A stretch of DNA of 64,000 nucleotides from an uncultured Bacteroidales bacterium (GCA_963792395.1 CAWBWE010000014.1:229912-293911); one strand, 5' to 3'. Shown: positions 23,602 to 34,250, counted from the stretch's first letter. The notes: generated by a model from the letters alone, not told the origin. Made by a program: numbers and translations.

Positions 23602-26600
23602 TCACGCATTCTGAAGATCCCCGGATTGGCCTGAATATTTCCGAATCACCTCCTTGAACTTCTCAGAGCTGTAGAAGGGTGATTCCGGATTGCTTACAAA
23701 ATACGTGATCAGAATGCTCTTTTTCAATACTATTTTTTCAACACCTGTTCGCTGGGCCAGCCAGCGGAGCTGTACGACCTTTAATAATTCTTCGGAAGGT
23801 GCGGGCAGAGGACCAAAGCGGTCGATGAGCATTTCCCTGAACTCTTCCAGGCCCTTTTCATCTCCGATGGCATCCAGTTTCCGGTAGAGTTCCACCCGTT
23901 CGCTGATATTGGAGACATAGCTGTCGGGGAACAGCAGTTCCAGGTCCGTATCGATATGACAGTCAGCAAGGTAAAGAATTTCTTCCGGTGCCAGGGCCCG
24001 GGCATCTGCCGGTTTTTCATAGAGGCCTCTGAACTCAGTCTCCTTCAATTCTGAGATGGCTTCATTTAGAATCCGGTTATAGGTTTCAAAGCCAATATCT
24101 GCAATAAAACCGCTTTGTTCAGCACCCAGCAGGTTGCCGGCACCCCGGATGTCCAGATCCTGCAGGGCAATGTTAAAACCACTTCCCAGGGCGGAAAACT
24201 CTTCTATGGCTTTTAGCCTTCTTCGTGGCCTCCTGCGAAAGAAGGGTAACAGGAGGGGCAAAAATATAGCAGAAAGCCTTCTTATTGGATCGCCCCACAC
24301 GCCCCCGGAGCTGGTGCAGATCACTCAATCCGAAGTTCTGACCGTTGTTGATAATTATTGTATTGGCATTGGGAATATCCAGTCCCGATTCCACGATGGT
24401 GGTGGCAATGAGCACATCATAATCGCCCTGCATAAAATCGAGCATCACAGATTCCAGCTTTCTGCCCTCCATCTGACCATGGGCCACCACCGACCGGATC
24501 CCGGGAACCACACGATCGACAATTTCTTTGATCTCCATGATGTTCTGGACCCGGTTATGAATAAAAAACACCTGTCCGCCCCTGCTCACCTCATATTCAA
24601 TGGCCTCCTTGATGATCTCTTCGTTGAAGGGGTGCAGTTCGGTAATAATGGGATGGCGGTTGGGTGGTGGGGTATTGATGATACACAGGTCCCTGGATCC
24701 CATCAGGGAAAATTGAAGGGTTCTGGGAATGGGAGTTGCAGTCAGAGTAAGGGTATCCACATTCAGCTTCATTTGTTTGAGTTTCTCCTTCACGCCTACA
24801 CCGAATTTCTGCTCTTCATCGATGATCAGCAAGCCCAGGTCCTTGAATTCAATCTCCTTGCCCACCAGTTTATGGGTTCCAATAATAATATCTATGTTTC
24901 CCTCTTTAAGCCTGGTCAGAATCTTCCTCTGGTCGGCCGAACTGCGGAACCGGCTCAGGTAATCCACTGTACAGGGAAGATCCTTCAGACGATCCCGGAA
25001 TGTATTGTAATGCTGAAAGGCGAGTACGGTGGTTGGAACCAGCACGGCCACCTGCTTGCTGTCGGCAACTGCCTTGAAGGCTGCCCTGATGGCCACTTCG
25101 GTCTTCCCGAATCCCACATCACCGCAGACCAGACGATCCATGGGGAATTCTGCCTCCATCCCGGCCTTCACATCTTCGGTGGCTTTCAACTGGTCGGGTG
25201 TATCCTCATAAATAAAGGAAGATTCCAGCTCCTGCTGCAGGTAGGTGTCGGCCGAAAAGGAAAAACCTTTCTGCTCCTTTCTTCTGGCATAGAGCAGAAT
25301 CAGCTCCCGGGCAATATCCTGAACCTTCTTCTTGGTATTGCTTTTCAGCTTCTGCCAGGCGCCGGTCCCCAGTTTATATATTTTGGGAGGACCGGTATCT
25401 TTCCCTTTGTACTTGGAAATGCGATGCAGGGAGTGAATATTCACATAGAGAACATCCTGGTCCTTGTATACCAGTTTGATAGCTTCCTGCATTTTCCCGT
25501 TCACCTCAATTTTCTCCAGTCCCCCGAATATCCCGATCCCATGGTCCACATGCACCACATAATCACCTGGATTGAGTCCGATAAGTTCTTTGGCCGACAG
25601 GCTCTCTTTCCGGCTGAAACGGTCATGGAACCTGAATTTATGGTAGCGTTCAAAGATCTGGTGGTCTGTATAGAAGGAGAGCTTCAGATCATGGTCGGTA
25701 AATCCTTCATGGAGGGTCTGACCAATGGCTTCGTATTGCAGTTCCGGATCAATCTCCGTGAAATATGGCCTTCAAACGATCCAGCTGTTTCTCATTGTCG
25801 GAGAGGATGAAGTTGGTATAGCCTTCGGCCGATTGCTCTTTCATATGGGAAACCAGCAGATCGAAGTTTTTATTGAAAGGCAGGTTGAGGAGAGGTAGAG
25901 AAGCGCCAGGTCAAAGCCTCAGCCTGGTAAAGATGTACCCCAAAGACCACCTGCTTAAACTGCTTCCATCTGTTCCCCGATTTTCGTTCCGGGAATCAGA
26001 AAACGCTCTTTGGAGATGGAACTTCCTCCTCAGTATGAAAGTCTGTCTTGTCGTACAGAGTTTGAATCTGATCGGTGATCAGTTCCGGATTATCCACCCA
26101 CAGGGTGGTAGCCGGAGGGAATATAGTCCAGGAAGGAGATACGCGTTTCTCCCCGCTCGTGTTCCCACTGGATATTGGGAATAATATTCACTTTTTTCAC
26201 CGTCTCCAGGGAACGTTGTGTGTCGGTATCAAAGATCCGGATGGAGTCTACTTCGTCGTCGAAAAAATCGATGCGGCAGGGAAAAGATGAAGCATAGGAG
26301 AAGATATCTACGATCCCTCCCCGGATGGCATATTGTCCGGGTTCATATACAAAATCGACCAGCTGGAAACCGTAGGTTTGCAACACCTCCTCCAGGAAAG
26401 CCATATCAATCTTTTCACCCTGTCCTTATTTCAAGGGTGGTTTCCCCCAGCTGTTTTTTGGTCACCACCGATTCCACCAGTGCCTCCGCATAGGTAATGA
26501 TAAAGCTGGCCACCCTTCGTTCTGAGAGCCGTCTCAGGGTCTGGGTCCGGGTAATAATATTGGCCTCATCGGTTTGCTGGTACTGAACCGAACGCCTGTA

Positions 26601-26876
26601 GGAAGAGGGGAAAAAGAGGGTGCGGTCAGGGCCTCCTTCCAGCGTCACCAGGTCGGTATAAAAATAGGCCGCTTCTTCTTTGTCATTGAAGATTACCAGG
26701 TGCGAACCCTTCAGTTCTCCCAGGCAGGCATGGATCAGAGCCGATCGTGCCGATCCGGCCAGCCCCTCCAGGTACTGAACCTGGTGACTTTCTTCACGCA
26801 GCGAAGTCTTTAGTCCACTGAAATTCGGATGCTTCGGATAAGGATTACGGATCATGATCTTTTGCTGGGCAAACAT
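23602..26876 (-). pseudogene. mfd: Transcription-repair coupling factor Mfd, frame interrupted (at least 4 breaks)
   Basis: ORF pieces are 26415-26924, 26090-26404, 24173-25558 and 23602-24324. The 24173-25558 piece carries the helicase core GDVGFGKTEVA, DEEQKFGV and QLRGRVGRS. The 23602-24324 piece is the TRCF C-terminal domain. The start codon choice (26876 or 26855) is uncertain. Confidence 0.9.
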
Positions 26877-26987
26877 AGTAAAAAAGAGCCATACGAAGGG
26901 TGGGCCCGGACTGCTCTGAGACACATTCCGAGGATCCCCTGTTGAAGGGATTAAATATATCTTTATGGGAAATAAAGCGATTCAGAT

Positions 26988-28007
26988 ATGAAAAAATATT
27001 TCAGGGCCTTAACGTTGAATGAATTTATTGTACAGCAGCAGAATGCCTTCCCGTATGCTACAGGAGATCTGTCCCGTTTGTTGAGTCACATTGTCATCGC
27101 CGCCCGTATCGTGAACCGGGAGGTGAGTATGGCCGGATTGGGAGATATACTCGGGGAGACAGGCACGGAGAATATCCAGGGGGAGCAGGTGAAGAAACTG
27201 GATTATTTTGCGAATGAGCAGTTCAAATCGATCCTGGTTTCCAGCATTGAGGTGTGCGGACTGGTCACCGAAGAGGAGGAAGATGTTGTCTCCTTTGAGA
27301 GTGACCTGTCCAGAGAGGGCAAGTATATTGTCTGCATGGATCCGCTGGATGGCTCCTCCAATATTGATGTGAATGTTTCTATCGGTACGGTATTTTCCAT
27401 TTACAGGAGAATATCCGACATTGGAGGACCCTCCACGGTGGAAGATTTTCTGCAGCCCGGAACCGAGCAGGTGGCAGCCGGCTATGTGCTCTATGGGTCA
27501 TCCACCATGCTGGTTTATACAACAGGTCTGGGAGTAACAGGGTTTACCTATGATCCTTCCATCGGGGAGTTTTTCCTGTCTCACCGGGAGATCATAATCC
27601 CGGATGATGGCCGGACCTATTCAGTAAATGAGGGCAACTATCTGAAGTTCCCCCCGGGAGTCAAACAGTACCTCAAGTATTGCCAGGAGATAGATCCGCC
27701 CACAAACAGGCCCTATACCTCGAGATATATTGGTTCACTGGTCGCAGATTTTCACCGGAACATGCTGAAAGGGGGCATCTATCTGTACCCCCAATCCAAT
27801 GCTTTTCCCGAAGGAAAGCTCAGGCTTACCTATGAGTGTAATCCCATTGCCTTCCTTGCCGAGCAGGCGGGCGGAATGGCAACAGATGGAATGGGGAACC
27901 GGATCCTGGAGATCAAGCCCGGCTCCATTCATCAGCGGGTTCCGTTCTTTGTGGGCTCGAGCCATATGGTTCAGCAGGCAGAAAAATATATGGAGCTCAA
28001 TAGCTGA
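26988..28007 (+). CDS. fbp: Fructose-1,6-bisphosphatase class 1
   Basis: Intact 339-aa ORF with the [12 protein letters not shown] metal-binding motif and GGIYLYP. Confidence 0.95.
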   Translation: MKKYFRALTLNEFIVQQQNAFPYATGDLSRLLSHIVIAARIVNREVSMAGLGDILGETGTENIQGEQVKKLDYFANEQFKSILVSSIEVCGLVTEEEEDVVSFESDLSREGKYIVCMDPLDGSSNIDVNVSIGTVFSIYRRISDIGGPSTVEDFLQPGTEQVAAGYVLYGSSTMLVYTTGLGVTGFTYDPSIGEFFLSHREIIIPDDGRTYSVNEGNYLKFPPGVKQYLKYCQEIDPPTNRPYTSRYIGSLVADFHRNMLKGGIYLYPQSNAFPEGKLRLTYECNPIAFLAEQAGGMATDGMGNRILEIKPGSIHQRVPFFVGSSHMVQQAEKYMELNS

Positions 28008-28042
28008 GCCTGTCCATCCAGAAAGTCTTCCCGGGCCGGGTC

Positions 28043-28417
28043 TCACTTACTTTTTGCCAGGTAGGAGGGCAGCGATCCGTCCAGGAAATCTTCCCGCACC
28101 GGGCTGAACACATCCAGGACCACACCCGCTTCCAGACAGACGGCACCGTGGACCAGGTTGGGAGCAATATACAGCCCGTCACCCGCCTCGATCACATGTG
28201 CTTCCCCCTCGATGGTAAATTCGAATTTTCCGCTGTGGCAGAAAGTGGTCTGGGTATGAAAGTGCTTATGCTGACTGGCTGCGACTCCTTGTTCAAATCT
28301 GACCTTCACCATCATGATCTGGTTGTCCCATCCGAGTATCTGCCGGGAGAGTCCGGGACCCAGTTGTTCCCAATCGCCTGACCGGCCGGGGATCACTGTG
28401 TTGCTTGCTCTTTTCAT
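28043..28417 (-). CDS. Cupin-domain protein
   Basis: 124 aa with a two-His cupin-like pattern (SQHKHFHTQTTF...GDGLYIAPNLVHG). It is the last gene of the co-directional string and starts 26 nt after the response regulator stop. Confidence 0.65.
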   Translation of the reverse strand: MKRASNTVIPGRSGDWEQLGPGLSRQILGWDNQIMMVKVRFEQGVAASQHKHFHTQTTFCHSGKFEFTIEGEAHVIEAGDGLYIAPNLVHGAVCLEAGVVLDVFSPVREDFLDGSLPSYLAKSK

Positions 28418-28443
28418 TGTTTCGAAGTATTTGTCGGTATGAT

Positions 28444-29160
28444 TCAGACAAGGAAATTCTTGTCCAGGAATTTCTGGAAGGCTTCCTTGTATTGTTCGCT
28501 CACAGGGATACGTATATCCGGCTCGAACAAAATCCGCATACGTTCAATGGAATTTACCTTATTCAGGTTGACAATGTAGGAACGGTGAACCCGCATAAAT
28601 CTCTCGGCTGGCAGAAAGGCCTCTATCTTCTTCATGCTCATCAGGGCCATGACAGGGCGCTGATTTTCGATATGTATCCGGACGTACTCACGCATTCCTT
28701 CGATATATTTAATGTCAGCCAGGTTGATACGCAGTATCTTATACTCAGACTTCACAAAAAGGAAGTTCTCATCGCCTTCTACCTGGGGTGAGGGTTCCGT
28801 TTTTTCCCCGATCCTTTCCAGGGCCTTTTCGGCTGCTTTTAAAAAATCTCCATACCCGATGGGTTTAAGCAGATAGTCGATGGCATCCACCCGGAATCCT
28901 TCCACAGCATATTCGCTGTAGGCAGTGGTGAAAATGACCCGGGGCGGATGATTCAGGGATTTCACAAAATCCATCCCGCTGAGGTCAGGCATATTGATAT
29001 CCACAAACATCAACTCCGCCTGGTTTTCCTGCAGCCACGAGATGGCCTGAAGGGCACTTTCAAACTGCCCGGCCAGGTCGAGAAAGGGAGTTTTTTGAAT
29101 GTAAGCGGCCATCTGTTTCAGAGCCAGGGGTTCATCGTCTATGGCAATGCATCTGATCAT
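28444..29160 (-). CDS. LytTR-family response regulator
   Basis: 238 aa. It has a receiver domain (IAIDDEPLAL, FVDINMP, KP) and a C-terminal LytTR DNA-binding domain. It overlaps the kinase gene by 4 nt. Confidence 0.9.
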   Translation of the reverse strand: MIRCIAIDDEPLALKQMAAYIQKTPFLDLAGQFESALQAISWLQENQAELMFVDINMPDLSGMDFVKSLNHPPRVIFTTAYSEYAVEGFRVDAIDYLLKPIGYGDFLKAAEKALERIGEKTEPSPQVEGDENFLFVKSEYKILRINLADIKYIEGMREYVRIHIENQRPVMALMSMKKIEAFLPAERFMRVHRSYIVNLNKVNSIERMRILFEPDIRIPVSEQYKEAFQKFLDKNFLV

Positions 29161-30350
29161 ACCGGGACATATAAATGGATAGTAAATTCTTCTTTGTTTT
29201 CTTCAATCTTAAGTTCGTAAGAGTCTCCATAGAGCAGATCGAGGCGCTTACGGGAGTTTTCAATACCGATGCCGGAAGCGGCCTCCTCCTTTTTTAAGCC
29301 CGGGTTGCTGTTGCGGAGGGTAAAGTAGAGTTGATCGGGTCCAAAGGAAAAGCGTATGTCAATAAAGGACTTTTCCTGGTAGCTGATGCCATGCTTAAAT
29401 GCGTTTTCCACAAAGGAGGTAAAGAGCAGGGGAGGAATGGATTTGTCGGGAATCACATGAGGAATGTGCAGGGTAATTGTCACCTTGTCCGAAAACCTGA
29501 GCCTCATCAGTTCCACATAATTTTGTATAAACTCAATCTCCTTTTTCAGGGGAATTCTCTCCACCTGTGAATCGTACAGCAGGTGTCGCATTAGCTTTGA
29601 AAGCTTGATAATCGACTCCTTGGCTTCGTCGGTATCAATATCGATCAGGGAGTGGATGTTATTGAGGGTATTCATAAAAAAATGGGGACTGACCTGGTTT
29701 TGCAGGAAGGCCAGTTGTGACTCCGCGCTCTCTTTTTCGGCACGGGTCCTTTGCTGTTCCGACTGCGCCCATTTAACAGAGATCATCAATCCGGTATCAA
29801 ATCCAATGATCAGGACCGAGACCACCATGAAGCTGATCAGGGGCGGAAGCTGTTTGGGAGGCTCCTTCCCGGGGGGATGCTCTCTCGGGCCGGGAGGCCC
29901 CTCTTTCGGACCCGGAGGCCCCTCTCTAAGGCCCGGAGGCCCCTCTTTAGGACCTTGAAATCTGTCCCCCGGATCTGCTTCCCCGAAGGGTGCCATGGCC
30001 TCAGAGAGATTTCTCTCGTAGCGCGACAGGAACACATGGGGCAGAAATAAATGAACCACGAGGGCCAGGGCGACGATCAATAATACTGTGCTAATGAGAT
30101 AGAGCCAGCGTGAGTCCCGAAAGAAGAGAAGGGGCAGGAACACAAATCTATTAATCAGATAAATAGCGATGAAGGGCAGAAAGGAGATCCAAACCCTGAA
30201 GATATGTTCCCAGTCAATTTCATCTTCAAACCTCCCGAAAAGCAGCGGGGAGGCCAGCATAAGGATCAGGAATGCCACTGAAATAAATGGTTCCAGGAAC
30301 TTCAGCTGAGTGATTTTATATATTTTCAGATTCATGCTCGTATTAAGCAA
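29157..30350 (-). CDS. Membrane sensor histidine kinase (LytS/YehU-type His_kinase plus HATPase) with a Pro/Gly heptad-repeat outer loop
   Basis: 397 aa with four predicted TM helices. The His_kinase signature is LQNQVSPHFFMNTLNNIHSLI, and the C-terminal ATPase carries GIGIENSRKRL. Confidence 0.85.
   Translation of the reverse strand: MLNTSMNLKIYKITQLKFLEPFISVAFLILMLASPLLFGRFEDEIDWEHIFRVWISFLPFIAIYLINRFVFLPLLFFRDSRWLYLISTVLLIVALALVVHLFLPHVFLSRYERNLSEAMAPFGEADPGDRFQGPKEGPPGLREGPPGPKEGPPGPREHPPGKEPPKQLPPLISFMVVSVLIIGFDTGLMISVKWAQSEQQRTRAEKESAESQLAFLQNQVSPHFFMNTLNNIHSLIDIDTDEAKESIIKLSKLMRHLLYDSQVERIPLKKEIEFIQNYVELMRLRFSDKVTITLHIPHVIPDKSIPPLLFTSFVENAFKHGISYQEKSFIDIRFSFGPDQLYFTLRNSNPGLKKEEAASGIGIENSRKRLDLLYGDSYELKIEENKEEFTIHLYVPV
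29890..29952 (-). repeat. Three in-frame 21-bp tandem repeats (plus a degenerate fourth at about 29865-29889) inside the kinase gene
   Basis: The plus-strand units are ccgggaggcccctctttcgga, cccggaggcccctctctaagg and cccggaggcccctctttagga. They encode the heptads GPKEGPP / GLREGPP / GPKEGPP / GPREHPP in the loop between TM3 and TM4. Confidence 0.9.
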
Positions 30351-30374
30351 GGATAAAGTTGAGGAATATATTTC

Positions 30375-31792
30375 TTAATCCAAATAGTTTTGAATCGCCA
30401 GGGTCCTTGACTGCACATGATTTTTCAGCCCGTCGACAGCAGCATCAAAGGAAGCATCTGAGAAGATGAAGGTGTAGGGGGAGTTTTCTGCATAGGCGTA
30501 CTCCTGCAGAAGCTCCTGGTACTGGCTGTAGAGGCTAATCATTCTTTCCGCGGTAAATACACTTTCTGAAAATTCCAGAAGGTAATTCCTGTAGACTTCC
30601 TGGTATTCACTGACATCAATCAGGTAGCGAATCAATGGCCAGGAACTCCCTACCTCATCCAGTGAAAGGTTCAGGGCACCTCCCTGTTTTCCTTCCTGAA
30701 ATGCTTCGTTATTGTCCCAGGGAATCCAGGTAAGTAAGCCATTTCCGGGATTGTTATAGAGGTAATAATTATGAGTCATAATTCCGTAGGTATCCCAGTT
30801 CTGTATGGCCGTATTGGCAGCCAGCCATTTTAGAAAAACATCCACATCAAAGCATCTGTTTAGTTCTGCCTTCCAGGATTCGGCCTCCGTGGTCCTGTCC
30901 GGGTTATTGATTGCGGTGTAGAGCGAATAAACATCAGAATAATCCGCCACCAGCTCGTTGTTCCGTTTCTCCATCTGCGATTCGTTGTAGGTGCCGGCTG
31001 CGAAAACTGGCAGCTGTGCCATCCGGCTTGTAGAGGTTTCCCGCTGCTGCTTTCAAACTGACTACCCAGCACCGTGTCGTCCACCTCTTCCACCAGGGTG
31101 TAAACCCCATAGTAGACAGGGCCTGATCCGTGGTCCACATAGACCACACAAAAGGCTGTTTTGGACGATGCCAGCCCGAATTCCCTGAAAAGGTCCGCTC
31201 CCACTTTTTCCCGCATCAGGGACTGATCGTCATAGTTATTTTTCAGGCTCAACTGCCTGAAGCCATAGAAGCGCTGATCCGTAATTTCGGAGTAGTCGTT
31301 TTCATATTCATCAAAGTCCAGTTTAAAGGAGAGCTTGTCAATTCCTGACTGATAAGAAGATTGCAGGCTTGAGTTTCCTTTATAGCGAATACCCACCTTG
31401 TACCACTCGGTATCGTTAAAAAAGAAGGAGCAGGGAACCCAGATGGGAGTGTAATCAGTTGTTGAAGTCACCCCACCGCCGGGTCTGCCTCCCGAAAACC
31501 CCAGGTTGGTACTCAGATCTTGCTGCATATCGGACCAGTCATCCGGGTCTATAACAATATCGAAGCGGAGCACCTCTCCGTGATCAAATACCAGCTGGTA
31601 ATCGGGATCCGTATTACTGCCGTGACTTTCTTCACTCCAGTCGGGCATATCAATCAGATCAATTTCCCCATTATCCCCATTGCCGTCATCCGGATCCAGG
31701 TTTTCTTGACGGCAGCCGCCCAGGATGATGAGCGCTGCAAAGAGCAGTATGCTGATAGGTTCTGAATATAGCTTTGATACAATAGTCGTCAT
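30375..31792 (-). pseudogene. CotH-family (atypical kinase fold) lipoprotein, one frame break near 30950
   Basis: It has the lipobox ALIILGGC. The conserved CotH core FYGFRQLSLKNNYDDQSLMREKVGADLFREFGL...VYVDHG...YGVYTLVEEVDD lies in 30860-31792. The C-terminal half is in 30375-31022. Confidence 0.8.
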
Positions 31793-31796
31793 TGGA

Positions 31797-32453
31797 TTAG
31801 AATTTATAGGTATATCCCAGGTTTATAATGTGTTTGTTCCGATAATCTTGTAAATAGTAGTCCAGCATATATCCCAGGCCAATGCTGCTTTTCTTGTTTA
31901 TTTTGTATTCAGCGCCCAGGCTATATCGCATCTTGTAAAGCTGGTTCCCCGAGAGCATGTGAAAGGCCTCTGCACTAAGTAGGGGAGTGATCTTACTTCC
32001 TTTTATATCATATTCAATCTTGGCCCTGTAACGCAGGAACTCACCCTGGGACAAATCTTCTGTATAGTTGGTATACTTGACCCTCAGGGAGGGTTCAAAT
32101 CGCGCAATTTTCTTCTTGTAGGAGGTATAAAGGGCAAAGCGATGCAGATATTCAGTGGCCTTGGTCGTTCTCGGATTAATAATGAATCGATAGCTTCCTC
32201 CCAGGGTCAGTCCCTTTACCGGCTTATACGAGATCCCACTCTCCAGCATATATTTACCTACCGCGAAGGATTCATCCCAGCGTATTTCAGGATTCAGGCT
32301 CAGTGTCAGTTTATCCAGAGGCTCAAAGCTTAGCTTCAACTCGGTTCGTGTCTGGAATTCAGTGGTGATTTCCTGGGAGAATGCCCCTACCCTGAATAGG
32401 ATGAGCAGAGAGACCAGGAGTAGCTGTTTGCATTTAAATCGTGTATTCGGCAT
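31797..32453 (-). CDS. Signal-peptide beta-strand-rich outer-membrane protein (DUF2490-like)
   Basis: 218 aa with a signal peptide, alternating-hydrophobic strands and a C-terminal ...LGYTYKF. The family assignment is from memory of DUF2490 and is unverified. Confidence 0.45.
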   Translation of the reverse strand: MPNTRFKCKQLLLVSLLILFRVGAFSQEITTEFQTRTELKLSFEPLDKLTLSLNPEIRWDESFAVGKYMLESGISYKPVKGLTLGGSYRFIINPRTTKATEYLHRFALYTSYKKKIARFEPSLRVKYTNYTEDLSQGEFLRYRAKIEYDIKGSKITPLLSAEAFHMLSGNQLYKMRYSLGAEYKINKKSSIGLGYMLDYYLQDYRNKHIINLGYTYKF

Positions 32454-32475
32454 AATTGTCTGATTATGGTTAAGT

Positions 32476-34245
32476 TCATGCTGGATCCGGCCAGTTGTCG
32501 AAAGCCTGTTTTTCCAGTCTCATGTTGCCATCCGGCCCCTTATAAATGTTGATCCATGCCCGCCAGTTAAGATCATCCACCTCCGGGTAGTCGAGCCGGT
32601 AGTGACTGCAACGGCTTTCGGTTCGCATCAGGGAAGCCCGGAGTTTCATTTCTGCACTGACAATCATATTGGAGGTTTCGAAAGCCAGCCGGAGTTCATG
32701 CATATCTGCAGCCCTCAGCAGGGGCATATGGTGATCTCTTAGCTCCTCGATATACGTCAAAGCGGCTTTCATCAGGTTTTCTTTTTTGATGTAAAGAATA
32801 AAGTTGGGGATCATGATGCCCTGCAGGGTTTGCGTGACCCAGGCCGGACCATAGCCGGCCTCTCGCTTCAGGGGGGCAAGGATTTCTTCCTGAATTTCGT
32901 TTATCCTGGTTGCTGTAATGGCTGGCAATTCATTTTCAGCGCAATAGGTGGCGGCTGCTTCAGCAGCAATTGCACCCTGAACGGCTGAGCCTGCCAGGGA
33001 AGATCCTATCTGGGTATAGATCCCACCAGCCATGTAAGAGCCCAGGGCATCTCCTGCTGCATATAATCCGGGAATGTTAGACTCACATCTGTCATTTATG
33101 GGCACCAGTCCTTCCGCTTTATGGATGGCCATGCCGGCTGATGATCCTCCCACCGAGGCGCCACCCATACCTGGAGGGGGACCTTCCGGTTCACCGTCAG
33201 GTCTTTCACCTCGTGGCCTTTTGCCTTGGGGGCCGTCACCTTCGGGACCGCCCGGACCACCGGGTCCCATCTGCTGTAAGCCTTCCGGCCGTTGCGGGCC
33301 ACCGGCTGAGCTTCCACCGGGAGCCTGGCCAGGGCCTCCGGAGACGGGATTCCCCAGCATATAGGCCTGGTAATTTGTATCCATACCCAGATCGTGACGT
33401 ATTCCCACCCCGGTGATGTTGGGCTTTTGTTCAAACATTCCATGCCAGCCATCAAAGCAGGCCGCCGGATTATCTGCTTGTCCGGGGTGTCCGTCGTTCC
33501 ACTCTTTCCCGGTCACTTTTGCCCCTATTTGGTATGCCATGACGGTTCCATCATGGGTCAGGTCGCATATGGGGAAGCCATTGGGTTTAAATCCACCCGC
33601 ACCGGTGCAGAGAATCACACTTTTGGCCTCAAAAATATGAATCTTCTCTTCATCGAGGCTAAAGCCTGCGGCTCCGGCTATCCTGCCTTTATCTTTGATC
33701 AGGTGGGTAATGACCACCCGTTCTATGACAGGAATCTGTCGCTCTTTGATGGGTTTGCTGAAGCTCTTGTTATAGAGCGGCGAATCAAAAAAGCCCCACT
33801 CTTTCAGCTCATTTACCCGGGCCATGGAATGTTCGGCCATTTGCCTGGTGTATACCGGGTTATTGGTGCCCATGGCCGATAGGGAAACCTGTTCCACGAA
33901 TTCATCCAGACTCAGTTCTTCACTGGCAGGATCAAAGGCGAATATTCCTTTAGCAAAAGGGGTTTGCCCCGAGGAGCCCAGGCGTCCTTTTGAAACAAGC
34001 AGGGTGCCGGCCCCCGCATCATGTGCCTTTACAGCGGCAAAGAGCCCGGCCATTCCACCACCAATCACCAGTACATCGGTGTTATGTTTTTGCTGATTCA
34101 TCCCCTCCGGATCCAGTTCACGTGTATTATCCCCCCAGCCCAGAGCAAATCCAGTTGATGCTAGGGCAGCCATGCCGCCCGCTCCTCCTGTCAGCGCCAG
34201 GAAACGTCGACGAGACATAGGATTGTTATTTGGTAAATCAGTCAT
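32476..34245 (-). CDS. TAT-signal FAD-binding flavoprotein of the fumarate-reductase/succinate-dehydrogenase/AprA-like class, with a Gly/Pro-rich insert
   Basis: The twin-arginine leader reads MTDLPNNNPMSRRRFLALTGGAGGMAALAST. It has the dinucleotide fold DVLVIGGGMAGLFAA, the motif GLYAAGDA, and a C-terminal helical domain ending ...RTESRCSHYRLDYPE. In the ORF track it is fused in frame to upstream TM sequence (32476-34614); see findings. Confidence 0.8.
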   Translation of the reverse strand: MTDLPNNNPMSRRRFLALTGGAGGMAALASTGFALGWGDNTRELDPEGMNQQKHNTDVLVIGGGMAGLFAAVKAHDAGAGTLLVSKGRLGSSGQTPFAKGIFAFDPASEELSLDEFVEQVSLSAMGTNNPVYTRQMAEHSMARVNELKEWGFFDSPLYNKSFSKPIKERQIPVIERVVITHLIKDKGRIAGAAGFSLDEEKIHIFEAKSVILCTGAGGFKPNGFPICDLTHDGTVMAYQIGAKVTGKEWNDGHPGQADNPAACFDGWHGMFEQKPNITGVGIRHDLGMDTNYQAYMLGNPVSGGPGQAPGGSSAGGPQRPEGLQQMGPGGPGGPEGDGPQGKRPRGERPDGEPEGPPPGMGGASVGGSSAGMAIHKAEGLVPINDRCESNIPGLYAAGDALGSYMAGGIYTQIGSSLAGSAVQGAIAAEAAATYCAENELPAITATRINEIQEEILAPLKREAGYGPAWVTQTLQGIMIPNFILYIKKENLMKAALTYIEELRDHHMPLLRAADMHELRLAFETSNMIVSAEMKLRASLMRTESRCSHYRLDYPEVDDLNWRAWINIYKGPDGNMRLEKQAFDNWPDPA

Positions 34246-34250
34246 TGTTT

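Noticed and set aside
24134-25810. A 558-aa ORF on the plus strand, the longest non-annotated ORF in the window.
   Set aside because: It is antisense to the helicase core of mfd, whose motifs (GFGKTEVA, DEEQ, QLRGRVGRS) are unambiguous on the other strand. The ORF has no motifs and a skewed composition.
245-26876. The frame breaks read as genuine reductive-evolution pseudogenes or as programmed frameshifting.
   Set aside because: The essential, single-copy division and cell-wall genes are the most affected, while accessory genes are intact. Resolved sites are simple one-base insertions without slippery heptamers or stimulatory structures. Technical indel error is far more parsimonious.
29865-29952. 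Regular 21-bp direct repeats, considered as a possible mini-CRISPR array.
   Set aside because: The repeats are contiguous with no spacers, in frame within a kinase gene, and encode a heptad peptide repeat. No cas genes are present.
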